Assembly (NCBI GenBank): GCA_964035545.1
Contig: OZ037767.1
Coordinates: 22,026,628 to 22,090,627 of the forward strand
Direction: 5' to 3'
From: Bugula neritina
Lineage: Eukaryota > Animalia > Bryozoa
Length of the DNA stretch: 64,000 nt
The position numbers were made by a program, and so were the translations under genes. Positions 50,010 through 63,821 of this stretch are shown here, piece by piece (within the stretch, counting starts at the first letter, position 1; each line of letters opens with the position of its first letter). The notes beneath the pieces were generated by a model that was not told the DNA's origin, searched no databases, and saw only the letters and a list, made by a program, of their open reading frames with translations.

Positions 50010-50160
50010 TTGTTGCAGTGGTTAAAGCACTGGCCTAGTAAACACTAGGTTCAAGGGAGAGCATCCAGTCATAATTTTTCCTGTGCCACATTAAAAAGAA
50101 ATTAGCCTGTTTAAATAGCCTTCCCATCAAGATTTCTTACAGGGATATTGACAATAAACT
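50010..50160 (+). mobile_element. tRNA-derived SINE, copy 3 (internally deleted)
   Basis: GCAGTGGTTAAAGCA A-box-like head, then GAGAGCATCCAGTCATAA...TGTGCCAC...CTTACAGGGAT. Confidence 0.65.
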
Positions 50161-51204
50161 CTTCTACTAAGTATATCACTGAAACTATACATAGGCTTTT
50201 TAATATTACCATGCATATATCACAGTTATATAGCTAATAGTTAATTATTGTTTATATAACTACAGATAAAATTATGATTTATAATTTACCAAGTTTGAAA
50301 ACTTTAGGCATTTTATTGTAACAATTAAATTCACAATAATTATTGTTATTTGTACTTATAATGAATATGATCATTGTTTTTGAACATATCAATATGCAAC
50401 ATGACATATATGCAGCATATTGAAAAAGAGTAGCACGCATATTTCATATCAAGTTTTGTTGTAGCAATAGTTATTGTTTGTACAAAGAAATTACCAAGGA
50501 TATAAGCAAGTTTTTCAAAGTTTTATTGTAATAAATATCGAAATAAATGGATGTTGAAAACTTACAAAATTTCTTTCAAAAACGCAGAAATACTGCATGC
50601 AGCAGTTTAATGACATGCTTCTATTTGAGATAACAATACACATCAAACACAGATATAACTCTCAGAGTAGTAATCTACCGTGAAATCTACGACATATTTA
50701 TTTTAGTCACCACTATTACATGTAAACCCCATCCATTTTAAAATATGAAGTATAATAAAAAAAGATATTTGATAACATTAAAAACTTGACTTTAAATTTT
50801 TTGTAAAAGTCTATAACTTTAACTTGAATAAATAACACTTTGTGAAATATTAAGAAGATATTGATACTTCTAAATATTATATACAAACATATTCTTGTCA
50901 CAGAATAAAATACCACCAAAATAATACATATACAGCAATGCCTACACCTAAAAACTAATCTTAAGCAGTGATTCAACATTGGCCTGATCGGTTTAACATG
51001 AACCACCTTACTGTGGGTGTCCCAAGAGTATGACAAAAAGTTGTTATCTGAAAAAATAATGCAAAATATTTTGCTGTTGCAAACATAAGAATTTATGTTC
51101 CCAAATGCCAATTCTTTTGCTCTAATTGATTGAGCTAAAAGTTTCATAATGAAAACACAAAGTGATAATTCGAACTGACCAATAGATTTTTAGTTTCTGC
51201 TATT

Positions 51205-54200
51205 TTATTGGGGGTTCCGCCTACGGCCCTGTGATGACTTGCGTCTATTTGAAGCAAGTCTTGGTCCAGTCAAAGATGGGCCCTCAAACTGAACTCTCTT
51301 TGGACCTTGAAACTTCACAGAGTTTGGACCTTGAAGCTCAGTAGCTTTAGGACCTTCGAAGGGCAACACATCTGGCCCTTGATATTGGGCTTTGTTGGGT
51401 AAGCTGAAACTTGGCTCAGCCATAGTGTCATCAGGTTCTGGTTGATCAGCTCTTTCAAAAGTTGGTTTCATTGTAGACACAACTGGTGCCACTGCAACTT
51501 GCCTGAATCTGGCAGGTTCCATGTTTGCCTGCACAGTTGGGAGAGTGCCCACAGGATATCTTATCATTTTTGGAACTTGAGTTGTAAACCTGCTGTTATC
51601 AATATTGCCAGTGTCAATTTCAATTTGTTGAAACTGTGGCCGGGGAGGAGTGCGCACTGCCGGGGGAGACAGGCTTGTTCTCACAACTTCTGGGACAGAA
51701 AATTCTTGATGAACTGGAATTTCAGGCTCCAAAACTTTTTCTCCGTTAAAAGTAGGGTCTGCATTGTTGACATCAGTCTCCATCATTGAAAAGTCTACAT
51801 TCAAATCACTAAATGGAGCTTCGGTGACCAAAGGTTCATTGAACTGAACAAAATCATCAAAGTTTTCTATTTGAAATTCTGTAAACTTTCCTTTTGCTGG
51901 TCTACGCTTTCTACCAGTTGGCAAAGGCTCAATTTTTTCTTTTCCACTTTTTAAAGGGCCGCTCACAACCTCCCCGTCTTTTATGCTCGTACCGTAAACT
52001 GATTCTGAGTAAGACTGAGTTTCCCATTGATCTGATAAAACAATTAAACATGTTGCTATACCTGGGATTATTTTTTAAAGTTTTTTTCTCAGATAAAAAT
52101 GATTAAATAATTTAACGATAAAAAGAGAATCATTTACTCGGCACATTAAAAAGACATTATGTTTAAATCCAAGTTAATTACTATAGTCATGGGTTAAGTG
52201 TCTAGCTAAGATTTATAGCTTTTCGTTGAGCTGAAGGAAAAGAGCACTGCAAAGCAGAAAAATTAGTACTCCAGAAATAAGATGATATTGTACAAGCCCA
52301 ATTATAGAGGTTATAAGACGTTGAGAAAAACCCATGTTCTAAATGAAAAAAATGTAAGAAAAAAAATTATGTTATTCTCGAGAGAATTTCAACCTTCACC
52401 ACAAACCAAAGGTTAATAACAAAATTAAAGAATTTAGGCTATCTCAGTTTATTCATAGCTGCTCCAATCTGCAATTTTGTGTTACAATAATAAACCACAT
52501 GTTCAGAGCTAAACAGATTTGCTCAGATTAAATCTCAGATTTTCGTTGTTTGGGCCATAAAACACCATATCGATTTATATTTGACAATCTCACCTGAGAA
52601 CTTAATATCCAGAGGTTCATTTCTTCTCACTCCTCTGTTTGCCACAACCATAGACCCACCATCTGCTGGACTACCACCACCTCTGGTCCTAGGGCCTCTA
52701 CTTCTTGACCCCTAGACAAGAGAGACTTAGAACTGTATCATGACATCATACTACTATTGTATATATATATGAATGCATAAATGATTTCAACACCATTAGA
52801 TCAGTATTATGGGTGCTTTTAGATTCCCTACACAAAGTGAATTTTCTATACTAATGTGAAGATAATTTAAACATGTTCAAATTATTGAATAGGTCTATGA
52901 GAATAAGGGGAGGAGGAGGGATGAATGGTGCTATACAACAAGCAACAATCAATGATACTCTGTTTTTGCAATTTAAGGTTAAATTTGTTAGACTAACTCC
53001 AGCTACTCAGCATATTTTTTACTGTTGGCAATCAATAGTTACTACTTACTTTTAGGAGTTATCTACTTTTCACAGTTGTGACTAAATTGGAAAGTTGGAA
53101 TATTACAGAGAGAAGTGATTTGTTACATGTATCAATGTATGTAACTTGATTCAATGAACTTTACCAAAGATTCAGCAATAAGGGACTTAGTCAATAGAAA
53201 GTTGATAACTTCCTATTAGTACAAATGTGTTGTTCTTTAAGAATTCCAATAGCTGAGGTTATGCTTAAGACTGAATTTAGGCCTTTAAAGGATTGCTCTA
53301 TCTTGTCTAATAAATGGCCATTTAGGTCAAACACACATAATATTGTGTTTTTCTAAGCATGCATTGACAAAAAGCATTTGACCAAAAGTAGAAAAAGTTA
53401 GTTGAAGTTGAGGGTGTAGATTGGTAACAGCCAAAACGCCGATTTTGAAATGAGCTGGGAAATGTGACGTAACAGCGCCAGCATTCCTGCTGGTCACGTG
53501 ACTATACAAATGAATAACTATAGAAATATGACTGTGAGATGTGATCGTTCAGCTCGTAATTTGTATATTTATAGAAGTGCAAATGTGAATTATCTCAATC
53601 TATAGTTTTTTGACATGTTAAATAACATGTATGTGATAACATTAGGCCATATTTTGCTTGTAAACATAGAAAAAAGCATTGCAAAAACATGCATTCTTTA
53701 GGATGAATGCCTGCGATCGATCTAAACTAGGTCAGATTGTGCAATATTACGGGCGCACCAAAGCCGACCTATATAGCGCACTGTAACTGCTTGAGCGTTA
53801 TTGGTTGATGTTGTGCTCAGCAACCTTGAATACTAGCGTTATAGTTAGCACGTGCAGCATAGTTACTGGCGTTCACACGTCACGTATTAGGCTATTCTTT
53901 TTCATGGCTGAAAATTTTACCTCCCTCAAAATTGGAATTTTGAAAAGCTGTTTTCTAGGCATATATCCCTTTGCAAAGTCACAATTGTTTGCATACACAT
54001 TAGATTATAGTTCATAATTATAATGTGATTGTAATAAACTAAGATAGAGCAATCCTTTAAGTGTTCTTCTAATTATTTCTCAGGTTGTACATTTTGCTAA
54101 CAAATATTAATCTTAAAATTTGTTCAGTATGCAAATGTAACTGAAGAGCTTGTTTCGGATTATGTCAATAATGCAACATGGGCACATGGTTGACTATAAC

Positions 54201-54569
54201 CAGTCTGAAAATATGAAAAATTCTACTTGCTTAAGCCTGCATTTATAAAAGCCAGTAGAGTGCATTAATGGGACAAAAAAGATCTATATTATAAGTTTGC
54301 ATTTAACTGTTAATTTCTGTTTGCAAGGCAAGCTGCAGCTTTTATTAAACTCCTGTAAGAAATCAGCTTAGCCAGTATAAATACTGTTGCATTCAAAGCA
54401 TTGATAGCTTGTTTATAGAGACAAAACATCGTTACAATATGCTTACCCTAGATCGTCCTTGACCTTGCACCAGGTTACCAGCTGTTTGACCTTGAACCTC
54501 AAACTGTGTTGGGTTATTAGTAAGCACAAAGAAGTAGAACATGAGCTGAAGGGTTAAACAGCAGTCCAT
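51205..54569 (-). CDS. Secreted low-complexity orphan protein B (~355 aa, Pro-rich, [FL][EQ]GP repeats)
   Basis: Exons 54569-54447, 52711-52594, 52031-51205 (phases 0, 1; 1068 nt in frame). Hydrophobic N-terminus MDCCLTLQLMFYFFVL...VQG-Q; Gly/Arg-rich exon 2. Confidence 0.75.
53289..54056. mobile_element. Non-autonomous Kolobok-type DNA transposon
   Basis: Perfect 16-bp TIRs AGGATTGCTCTATCTT / AAGATAGAGCAATCCT flanked by TTAA on both sides. 5'-RR termini with a TTAA TSD are the Kolobok signature. 768 bp, no ORF. Confidence 0.85.
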
Positions 54570-56281
54570 TCCAAACTTAACCTAATTAATATAATAAATA
54601 TGATGGAATGATTAGTTACTTAGTTTAATTTGTTTTTTATTCAATTGTCGAAATGCAGAAAGTGCAGTAACCTAAGTTCTTTAATTGTTTTCATTAGTCT
54701 TAGGTTGGGGTTCCAGCAGAAAATTTTGCAAAAACATAGTTTATTTTGCAATATTTATTGCTTAAAAGGCAGGATTTTTCATTTTCCCCATTGCTGGCAT
54801 CTACATTTTGCACTTGAATCTAATGATAATCCTCCCAGTTTTAACAATCAACACTTGCATTGCTAATAAAGATTTTGAAAATATAATATAATTATACTAG
54901 TTATTAGTAACAAGATGTGTTGTAACGCAAAATGATGCAGTGTACTGTGCCCTGTATGCACAGTAATACAAAATTGTGATTTAAACTGTTAATATATACA
55001 AAGACTTTTGTAATTATACAGCATTTCAATCAATAATTGTAGAACAATAAGGACTGTTATAGCTGACAAAAACTATCAAAATTATATAGCATACACATAA
55101 ATGGTAGAATTTACATTGTAACCTGATTTCCACACAACAGTGCTTTGCAGTATGCCTCGCAGGGTGCACGCCTCTCAGTATGCAATGATTGTTAGTGTTG
55201 TTGTGAACTCACCTCTATTGTGTCAGCACTTTGTTAAAGAAAAACTTTAATTTATAATTCAAAAGTTCAAATACTCTGCAGCGTTCAGCTCGAGTAACAG
55301 CAACTAAGCAAGCTAACAGATTTTGTCTAAATGACTTTAAACTTCCTTTCAGTATGCAAATCCACAAACTATCTCCAGATTATGGATACGTAGAGGTTTC
55401 TATCTTCTAATTTAAGTGTAGGATAATCCCTCAGATTTAATCTGTTAGTATAGCTTAATGAGCATCAGTTTTATTACCAGATGGGCAGATAGCAATGTAA
55501 TGGCTATGTACAGCACTGAAGACATAAATAAATACAGTGTGTAGACAACCCCTACTGCTGTAATTATTGTAATGGTATTTCTAAGAGTCATGGGCTGATA
55601 ACTTCTCCATCTATCTCTGTTATCAAGCTTATAAATGAAGTTTTGTTAGTATTACTTAGTTTTACCGGAAACACCAGTACTTCAACAAAGGTGAAGATAA
55701 TTCCTAGATTCAAAACCAACTTTTAAATGAAACTCTAGTAATAGTATTGTTTAAGCATGCTGCATGCAATAAATTCATGTCATCTGTAAAGATGTTTCCA
55801 TTCGTTGCTCGTGACTAGTTGACTGGCCAGCCAGAGTTGTATAAGATGATTTGCTTGAGTTCATAGTTTCATGCAAGTGTTTGATTAAAAGGGGGAGATG
55901 AAAACTAGCTGCAAGTCTACAGCATGACATAATTATACTTAGTACAGGCTAAGAAAAGTGCACCGGTAATGGTGCTATGACTGGACTAAAAACTAATGCA
56001 CTGTTGGCTTTGTCATATGAAACAAAGGTACTGAAAAGAAAAAACTAAAGTAAACAGTTTCTTTTTATCCAGCTCGCGATACAATGAGCTCAACTATTAC
56101 AACTATTATCGCTTATCATATAGCGAATTATAGCTCATAATTGCATGGACACTAATTAGTCATTAATGGGGTAGCTAGGGCTTCACCCTTACAGAAACTG
56201 CTTAGAAGAGTTTTTTATAATCAAATTACATCGTATCAAGTTTTTATTTATGTAAGCAAGCACATTCTACGTAGTGTAAAA

Positions 56282-59200
56282 ATGGCTGCTCAGCAAAGTA
56301 AAGCTAAGGACAGGATTACCTTAGCCGATCGGATATTTGTAGAACAAAGAATTTATGTTTGTCCTGTTTGCTGTGATGAAGAAGGTCTCAGAAAGTTAAC
56401 TTGTGGTCATATAGAATGTCTGAATTGTCTTGGTAAGGTTTTTATTTTGAAATATTTTTCATTACAATCTACAAAAATAGTAAGTTCTAGTTTTATACTG
56501 CATGTTAACTTAGATATAACAAAATTATCATGCTGCAGATTCTTTGCAAATATAGTTTCCCATGTCATATTTTTTTGGAATATTTTGCAAATATATCATT
56601 TTTATTATTGGATCAAACAGCAACAGTACTAATAAATTTTAATGTTAGTCTACATAATGGGTATAACCTTTAGAAACACATCGTATAAACACTTTTATTA
56701 TACTCTCACTTCCTAATATTGTGGTCTGATATTGAGATACGTTAATCTCATATATTGTATTTTGCTAGTCTTTAAACTTAGTTAATAACCAGAATATATT
56801 TGTAAAAATAATTGTTTTTTCTTGGGCTTTCTATGCATGTAACTAAATTAAACTATGATGACTAGTATACTTAATATAGATATTATAAGAGCTATTTTGA
56901 ATAAGTATATTACATAAAAATTTCTTTCCCATCACTGAAGTAAAACTAAAAGTTATATGTGAATGGTCATTGCTGTGCAGCGTGGTAATAACACATTTTA
57001 GAGTTATTAAAGGAACCAATAGAAAGCAGGTGTTTAATATCACTCATAAATTTTGTGTGATTGAGCAAAATACATATTTCAGAAAGAGATATTGCAAAGG
57101 TAAAAAAAGAAGGAAAGCACTTTTCTTGTCACATTTGCATGAGAGTCTATGCAGGGTGCAAAGCTGAAAGCTTTCCAGTAGCAAGTTTGGAGCTGTCGGC
57201 TAATGATGCGGTTAATGAACAGAGAAAGAAGAATCAAGCCTCAAGTATGTCGGCCATTATTTAATGTACCATAATGTTACTTGGCAAATATAAGAGTGAC
57301 ACAATTATATAATAAGATGTATTATATTGGGATAGCTTTAGTCACATTGTTGTATTAACACAGTTGTATTGGCATAGTACAGTCACATAGTTACAGTTGC
57401 ATAATTATAATCACATATTTATAGTCACATATTTATAGTCACATAGTTATAGTCACATTGTTATAGTCACATAGTTATAGTCACATTGTTATAGTCACAT
57501 TGTTATAGTCACATAGTTATAGTTACATTGTTATAGTCACATAGTTATAGTTACATTGTTATAGCCACATAGTTATAGTTACATTGTTATAGTCACATAG
57601 TTATAGTCACATAGTTATAGCCACATAGTTATTGCCTATAGGAAAATATATGGAATATAATATTGTGAAAAAGGTATATTATAAATTATGAAGTGTAACG
57701 TCAGACTGTTTCAACCATGCATTTATATTATACACTGCATGTTTGTCATAAATAATTATCTAATTTTAAATAACTACAAGTATCTAACAGATACAAGTAT
57801 TGCGTCACTGTGAACAGTATAGTAGGTTTGACCCTTAAAACATACACTTTACTTAAATATCGAGAAATTTTGTATAATACTCGTATTTTACCAGATAAGC
57901 AAAATTTCTGATGAATAATCAGTCATTCAACAATTATTTGATATTGCTTTGTTCAACTTATTGATATATTCAGTACAAAATTGTTTTGACAGCAAACAAA
58001 GCTATTGATGTTGAGGAAACAGTTGAAAGTTGTGAAAAAGAGGTGAACAGTTTAATAAAGAAGAAAAAGAAAGAAATTGAGCAAATAACGGTATGATTTT
58101 GTGAATAATCTATAGAAAATACTGTAGTGAATTTCCTAATTCACTATATTATGTGGGTCTACTTATACAAAGCTACTTCACCAGGTTGTTCACGTTATAT
58201 AAAATTTATTATTTACAAAGATACAATAAATGAAACTACTACTAAACTAATTGCACGATTACATAATACTGAGCACTTTGTACACAACTACTCTATGCCA
58301 AGTCCCAAGCTGCTCTGCCCGGCTAGCTGCTTAGCGTGCTTCCACCACTTGATATCAATTAACAGTCCTTCCTGATTGGCTAGTATTAGTGGTGCCACTG
58401 TCGACCATAAGATGCATGTCGGCTGGGAGTCGATGTAGTCGACCTCCACAATAAGATAACATAGAGTCGACCCTTTCAATATATATAAACTAGATTACTA
58501 ATTGCACTACTAAAACCTATTACAATACAATGTATCCCACATTTTGCTATAATGACATGTACTGCATATAGATGCTTGCACTGTATTGTCTATATGTTTG
58601 ATTTCTGCCAGAAGCATTAAATCAATTTTTTCCCTAAAAGCATTTAAAGGAAAAGATATTTTCTCAATATTCTTATTGAAAAAGTCATCTTTGTAAGTTA
58701 AACTTCTTCACAGATTATTATCTTCTGCTTGTTTGTCATCAGAACTGCTGTAATTTCTATTATATTATCATCTTTTAAATAATTTAGTCATCCGTATTTT
58801 AGGTATTTCTTTTTTCTTTTTACTTTTTGTGCATTTTAACATATCTAGGTAATTTTTTTTCTACACTTTAATTATTGAACTGCTATAAATGAATATTACC
58901 ATAATTATTATAGCAATGAAAATTTATATACACTAAGAGCTGAGAACTAAGCTAGAGGAAGATAAATAATTAAAAAAATTTAAGAAATGCAGATTTTGGC
59001 AAAATATTGAAATGGGCTAAGGAATTTATTAAAAAGATGGGTCTCCTACTGGTTGAGTATTATGTTTCAACTTAGTACCGTGCTCAAAACTTGAGGCTCT
59101 AGTTTTGCTTCTGCTATGCAGTTTTACCACTTCTTAACCCTTACCTCAACCTCTCCACTATAGCTTGTCAATTTTCTTTTAATTTGCCAACCCATATCAT

Positions 59201-59644
59201 TTTAACATTTCAACTTTTGTCTGATATTCTCACCTATTCTCATCTATCTCCGATTTCTCTTTTTCAGGTAGCAGGTAATTTTTTGACTAATATATTAAAA
59301 TTAATTTTATAAAAGAAAAAGTATATTGACAATTTTTAAAAAAATTCCCCAAATTAGAGAATTAATTTAAATTAAGTAAAATGTAAAATAAAAATTAAGC
59401 TTATTCTATCAGTGTTTTTGCCGCCAAAAAATATTGACATTGTCCTCGTTATAAATTCTTTTCTATGTTTTTGTAGGAACCTATTGAAAAAAATGAGGAG
59501 AAGGGTTTTTGGGAATTGATAACAACAGAAGCTAGTTTTATCTTTGCAAAGCTATATAACTGGGCGAAGAACCAGGAGGCAGAGAGAATAATTGGTTGGC
59601 TTGCTGCAATAGCAGAGTGGCTTTCCAAGTACAGCAGTTCTTAG
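56282..59644 (+). CDS. Small RING-HC (C3HC4) + coiled-coil protein 1, ~192 aa
   Basis: Exons 56282-56432, 57083-57244, 57993-58090, 59477-59644 (phases 1, 1, 0). Spliced RING: CPVC..CGHIECLNC..CHIC. Confidence 0.8.
57405..57632. repeat. 14-bp minisatellite (AGTCACATAGTTAT, ~16 copies)
   Basis: Directly visible in intron 2 of RING gene 1. Confidence 0.95.
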
Positions 59645-61617
59645 ATCCTTGCTTTGCTGTGTCAGCATTGTAGGCTGACACACTCTAAGATAACTAACTT
59701 CAATATTGTATTGCGTTTACATAATGAATTGTGCTCATAATTGAAACTATAGGGATGACTGACATAATACAATTTTAAAACTGTCACATTGCATATGCAA
59801 AACAATTTTTCAGTGTATATTCTATAGTAATAAAAAAGTTCTAATAAGTTTATTCAAAAGCTTCTTTATTTTGATCTGGCACCATTTACACTAAGAAACA
59901 TTATCTCATAATGACTCATATAACTATTCTAACTTGCTACATGCTTTTAATAAAGGATATTTTTCTGTTTCAATATTAATAATAAATCATATTATTTGCG
60001 TTTAATTGCGGTAATGCAGATTGAGGTAAAAGTATGTGGCTCCTAATTACCTGAACAATTTAATAATAAACTACAGCAGTGTAGAGACAAATCTAATTTT
60101 ATCTATTCGCATTCTACCCTTAGCAATACTAAATTTAACCTAACGGAAATTACTGTTTGTAACAAGGCACTGTCAAAAGTTGTTGAAAATTTGTAAGATC
60201 TATACACTTTATGCAAATATTTTTCTATCATTATTGCATTGTTCATAGCTATTTATTTCCATGTGCATAAAATAAGTTATTTGAAATCATTTACATTCAC
60301 AAACGGCAGCTATGTTTCAGTATATCAGACCTCAGTACAATTTCAAATTGTCTTCATGGCTCTTGTCTTAAATTAACACACATTGTAAACCTACAATGCT
60401 AAAAACATTAGCTTTTTCTGTTGCAAAGTTGTGGAACGTGCAGTAGTCTGTTTTTTGCTAATGAAAGAGAGATGTGACAAAACCTGAACCAGCTGATGCA
60501 TACAGAATTAAAAAAGAAATATTTATTTCACAGTACACAGTATCAGTCTACATCGTATTTTTTGTACAACAGCTGAATATTGCAATTTATAGGCAAAAAT
60601 TGAATATACATATAATTTAATAGTTTGAGTCTTAGTTGAAGTACGACTTTTAAAATATCGTAGCAAATAACGCTTTCTGTTTAAGCGCTGTAGGTACTAG
60701 AAAAATATATAGATTACAATAAGATTACAAGAATATAAGTTTACAAGAGTTGTCTTCCCGTGATAGCAAGACACCTGACATCACGGCCTGATAAAGTTGC
60801 TCTACTCTATGTTGCAGCATCACTGAGCAAATATGTATTTTTACAATATTTTAATTTTCTTTTGAGGAAAGTTTTTTCTGGTGTTTTCCTAACCTAGTGC
60901 ATTATCCTTCTATCACGAGGAGATAAATGTTGTATTATACATCGTATATATTTACTTCACAATAAAACAATAGTCAACTTGTACGCACCAGTAACTATGA
61001 CTCATGCGGGCCCATAACCAATATAAACTACACAAGCATTAGTCATATAAAATGCTGTTGGTAAAATAATTATACTGTGCCAAACCATTGTAGTTGCAAA
61101 TACAAGCAATAATTATAAATATATATCATATAAAGGTGACATATATTTTATAGATATTGTGCAAAAATGATGTTATTTTTGTCTTTAAACCATTCTTTTT
61201 TCAGCTCTGTAAATAAACAAGCATTGATGTGTGGCAGCTGCATAGTGAAACTACTACTAATATTACTACTATAAGTTGTTTTCTGAGATGAAAAACAGAG
61301 TATTTACTTTGCATGCAGATATTCTATTACTTTAAACAAACTTGATCTTTAACACAATTGAATGCAGTTTTCTTTTATCAATGCTTGTATTAAGCATGTT
61401 ATCTAAGCTATCTATAGGTGATTTGGCAGTTTCTTTCTACTTAATTGGAGATACCTACATACTGTATAGGCACTTCAGTTTCAATGGAAAAACTTAGTAG
61501 AGTGTTTATAAAAGTGTCACAGTATAATTTCAGTTTCACTTTAGCCACACTCACTGTGAAAATTTAGTAGTGTATAAAAGAGGTAGAGGGTGAAAAGGCG
61601 ATCACTTCAACTTCAAC

Positions 61618-63821
61618 ATGGCACAGCGTTTCACAGATGTCAGCTTTTCAGAAACTATTTTTGAGCAAGAACACCTGTACACCTGCATTGTGTGCTTTGA
61701 GGACAAGGACCTGAGACAGCTGCCTTGTGGACACATCGAGTGTGCTTCATGTATAGGTGGGGCTGTATTGATATTCTTCTTGTGCATCAGCAAATACTAT
61801 GAAGAAACATAAGCATTGGCTATGGCGCTACACACTACCAAGCATACATGTATATATATTTTTATAAACTAGCAAATAGATTGCACTATAATACACCCTA
61901 TCAGTTAAAGTTTTAACCTTAGGGCAATTTTTATGTATATGCATTGCTACAATTTAAACACCTTTTGGCATAGTTCCTAGCAAATAAATTATGCACAGAG
62001 GTGGAACTTATATAAAGTTGACACAGACAGCTTGCTTTTGTTAAAGCAACTGCTGCTTTCAACTTAATACCGCTGTTGGAGTGTGCAACGTAAAAATATT
62101 ATTAAGATGGCTGATTATTTATCATTTGATCTCTATTGCAGGTCGACGACTTCTTGAAGCAGAGCAATCAAGGAATGCCTTTGTCTGCAGTTTATGTGGC
62201 AGGCAATGCCCTGGCAGCAGTAGCAGCAGCTTTCCTCCTGCCAGGTCTGCTATGCAAGCCAATCAGCAAGTGTATGCCAGGAGACAGAAGCAGCACAGTG
62301 GTAAGGCAACTTCAGTCCCAAAATTATCGAATATTAGAAAAGTGATGAATTACTGCTTCGAAAAATATTTGTCCTTGTCTTAAACTGCAGATTTGGGTTT
62401 AATGAGGTTCCTAGAATATTAAATTATTTCCAATTCAATACAATCAAGTATCACATTAACCTGGGGGTCATCTCAGTCATTAGTAGTTGCATTATCTATT
62501 ATAAAAAACATAATGCAAATTCTCATCTTATTACTGTGTTATTATTCAGCAACTTTTGTTAGAAAGTAGCTTTTCCCTAGACATCACGTCATTACACATC
62601 TAAATAATATTATGAGCATTCTAAGTGAAACTGACTTTCAATTATACAAAGCAAGTAAATTGTCCAATACAAAATAGAATGAATAGCAAGGGATTATTTA
62701 GTAGTAAAGTTAACAATAAATACATCATCATGAAACTTAACAAATGTTTTAGCAATTGCCATGATCTTAATGATTTCACATTGAACAATATGATTCAGCC
62801 CTTATTAAATAGAACTGTTATTCCAATTTCTCATACATTTAGGACAATATTCTGTATAAAAATTGTATGGTAATATAAAAGAAATACTTTTTCCTTGACT
62901 TAACATACTTTTATAAAATTTAGAAATTTAGTTTTAAAAATGACACACACAATACATTGCATGCACATTTTTACAAACACAAAGCTTTTTTATATTTGTA
63001 AAATTATTTTAAACTGTTATGGCAGCTACAACAAAAAAACACTACCGAGGTATTACTATTTTGGTAAAATAATTGTTCTCAATGGGGTTTGAACCCGATA
63101 CCTCCAGATTGCAAGTAGTTGAGCTAATCATTGCATCACTGGCACTACTGGGTAGACGCCATTCTACATCCCACCCAGTTCTCAAAAACTTCACTGGCCT
63201 CTCTACTACTCCATCAGTTTTCAGGCTCCCCTGGCCACTCAGCTTCCTTGGAGTACTACTGTACTTCACTAAAGGTCGAAATAGCCCCCAATGAGATTCG
63301 CACCCAAGACCTCTGGCTTGCAAGCAAGCATGCTAACCATTACACCACAAGGAATTATGAGTAAATGCAACTACAATTTCGTTAACAAAGCTACATGAAT
63401 TTTTATGTCACATCTCATTGTTACTCTAATGTATTGCAACAAAAAAGTAAAAATGCTTACATTCGTATATGTTCAAAAGGCTGTTATCAATCAGAATGTT
63501 CATAATATTATTTAGATGTGTAATGGCGTGATGCCTAGGAAAAAGCTACTTTCTAATAAAAGTTGCTGAATAATAACACAGTGATAAGATGAGAATTTGC
63601 ATTATGTTTTTTAAAGTAATATTGAATTGATCAAATTTACATTTAAACCATATACTGAACATTTATATTGTTTATAGAGCAGTTTGAAGAAGAACTTTAG
63701 GTTATCTTGTTTATTCACAGATGATCGGGGTGATGACTCAGTCGAGCAATTGACTCGTGATTATGAAAGAGATGCTAGAGAGCTCTTTAGTAAGCACAGC
63801 AGAAGAGTAGAAAAAATTCAA
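61618..63821 (+). CDS. RING-HC + coiled-coil protein 2 (tandem paralog, 3' end beyond the window)
   Basis: Exons 61618-61756, 62142-62300, 63721-63821 (phases 1, 1, 0, as in gene 1). Spliced RING: CIVC..CGHIECASC..CSLC. Confidence 0.8.
62502..63613. mobile_element. Non-autonomous element with ~121-bp terminal inverted repeats and two internal tRNA-like segments
   Basis: 62502-62622 is a near-perfect reverse complement of 63493-63613. Minus-strand tRNA-like segments at ~63080-63145 and ~63285-63352. Confidence 0.75.

Noticed and set aside
50716-51147. 143-aa ORF downstream of gene B
   Set aside because: AT-rich, codon-unbiased sequence in the probable 3' UTR, with no domain or splice support.
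58288-58495. GC-richer intronic segment ending in ...AACTAG (Helitron-like?)
   Set aside because: No convincing subterminal hairpin or 5' TC terminus identified.
63080-63352. Functional tRNA-Ala genes
   Set aside because: Acceptor stems do not pair well and the T-loop/B-box is degenerate; treated as tRNA-derived repeat segments.
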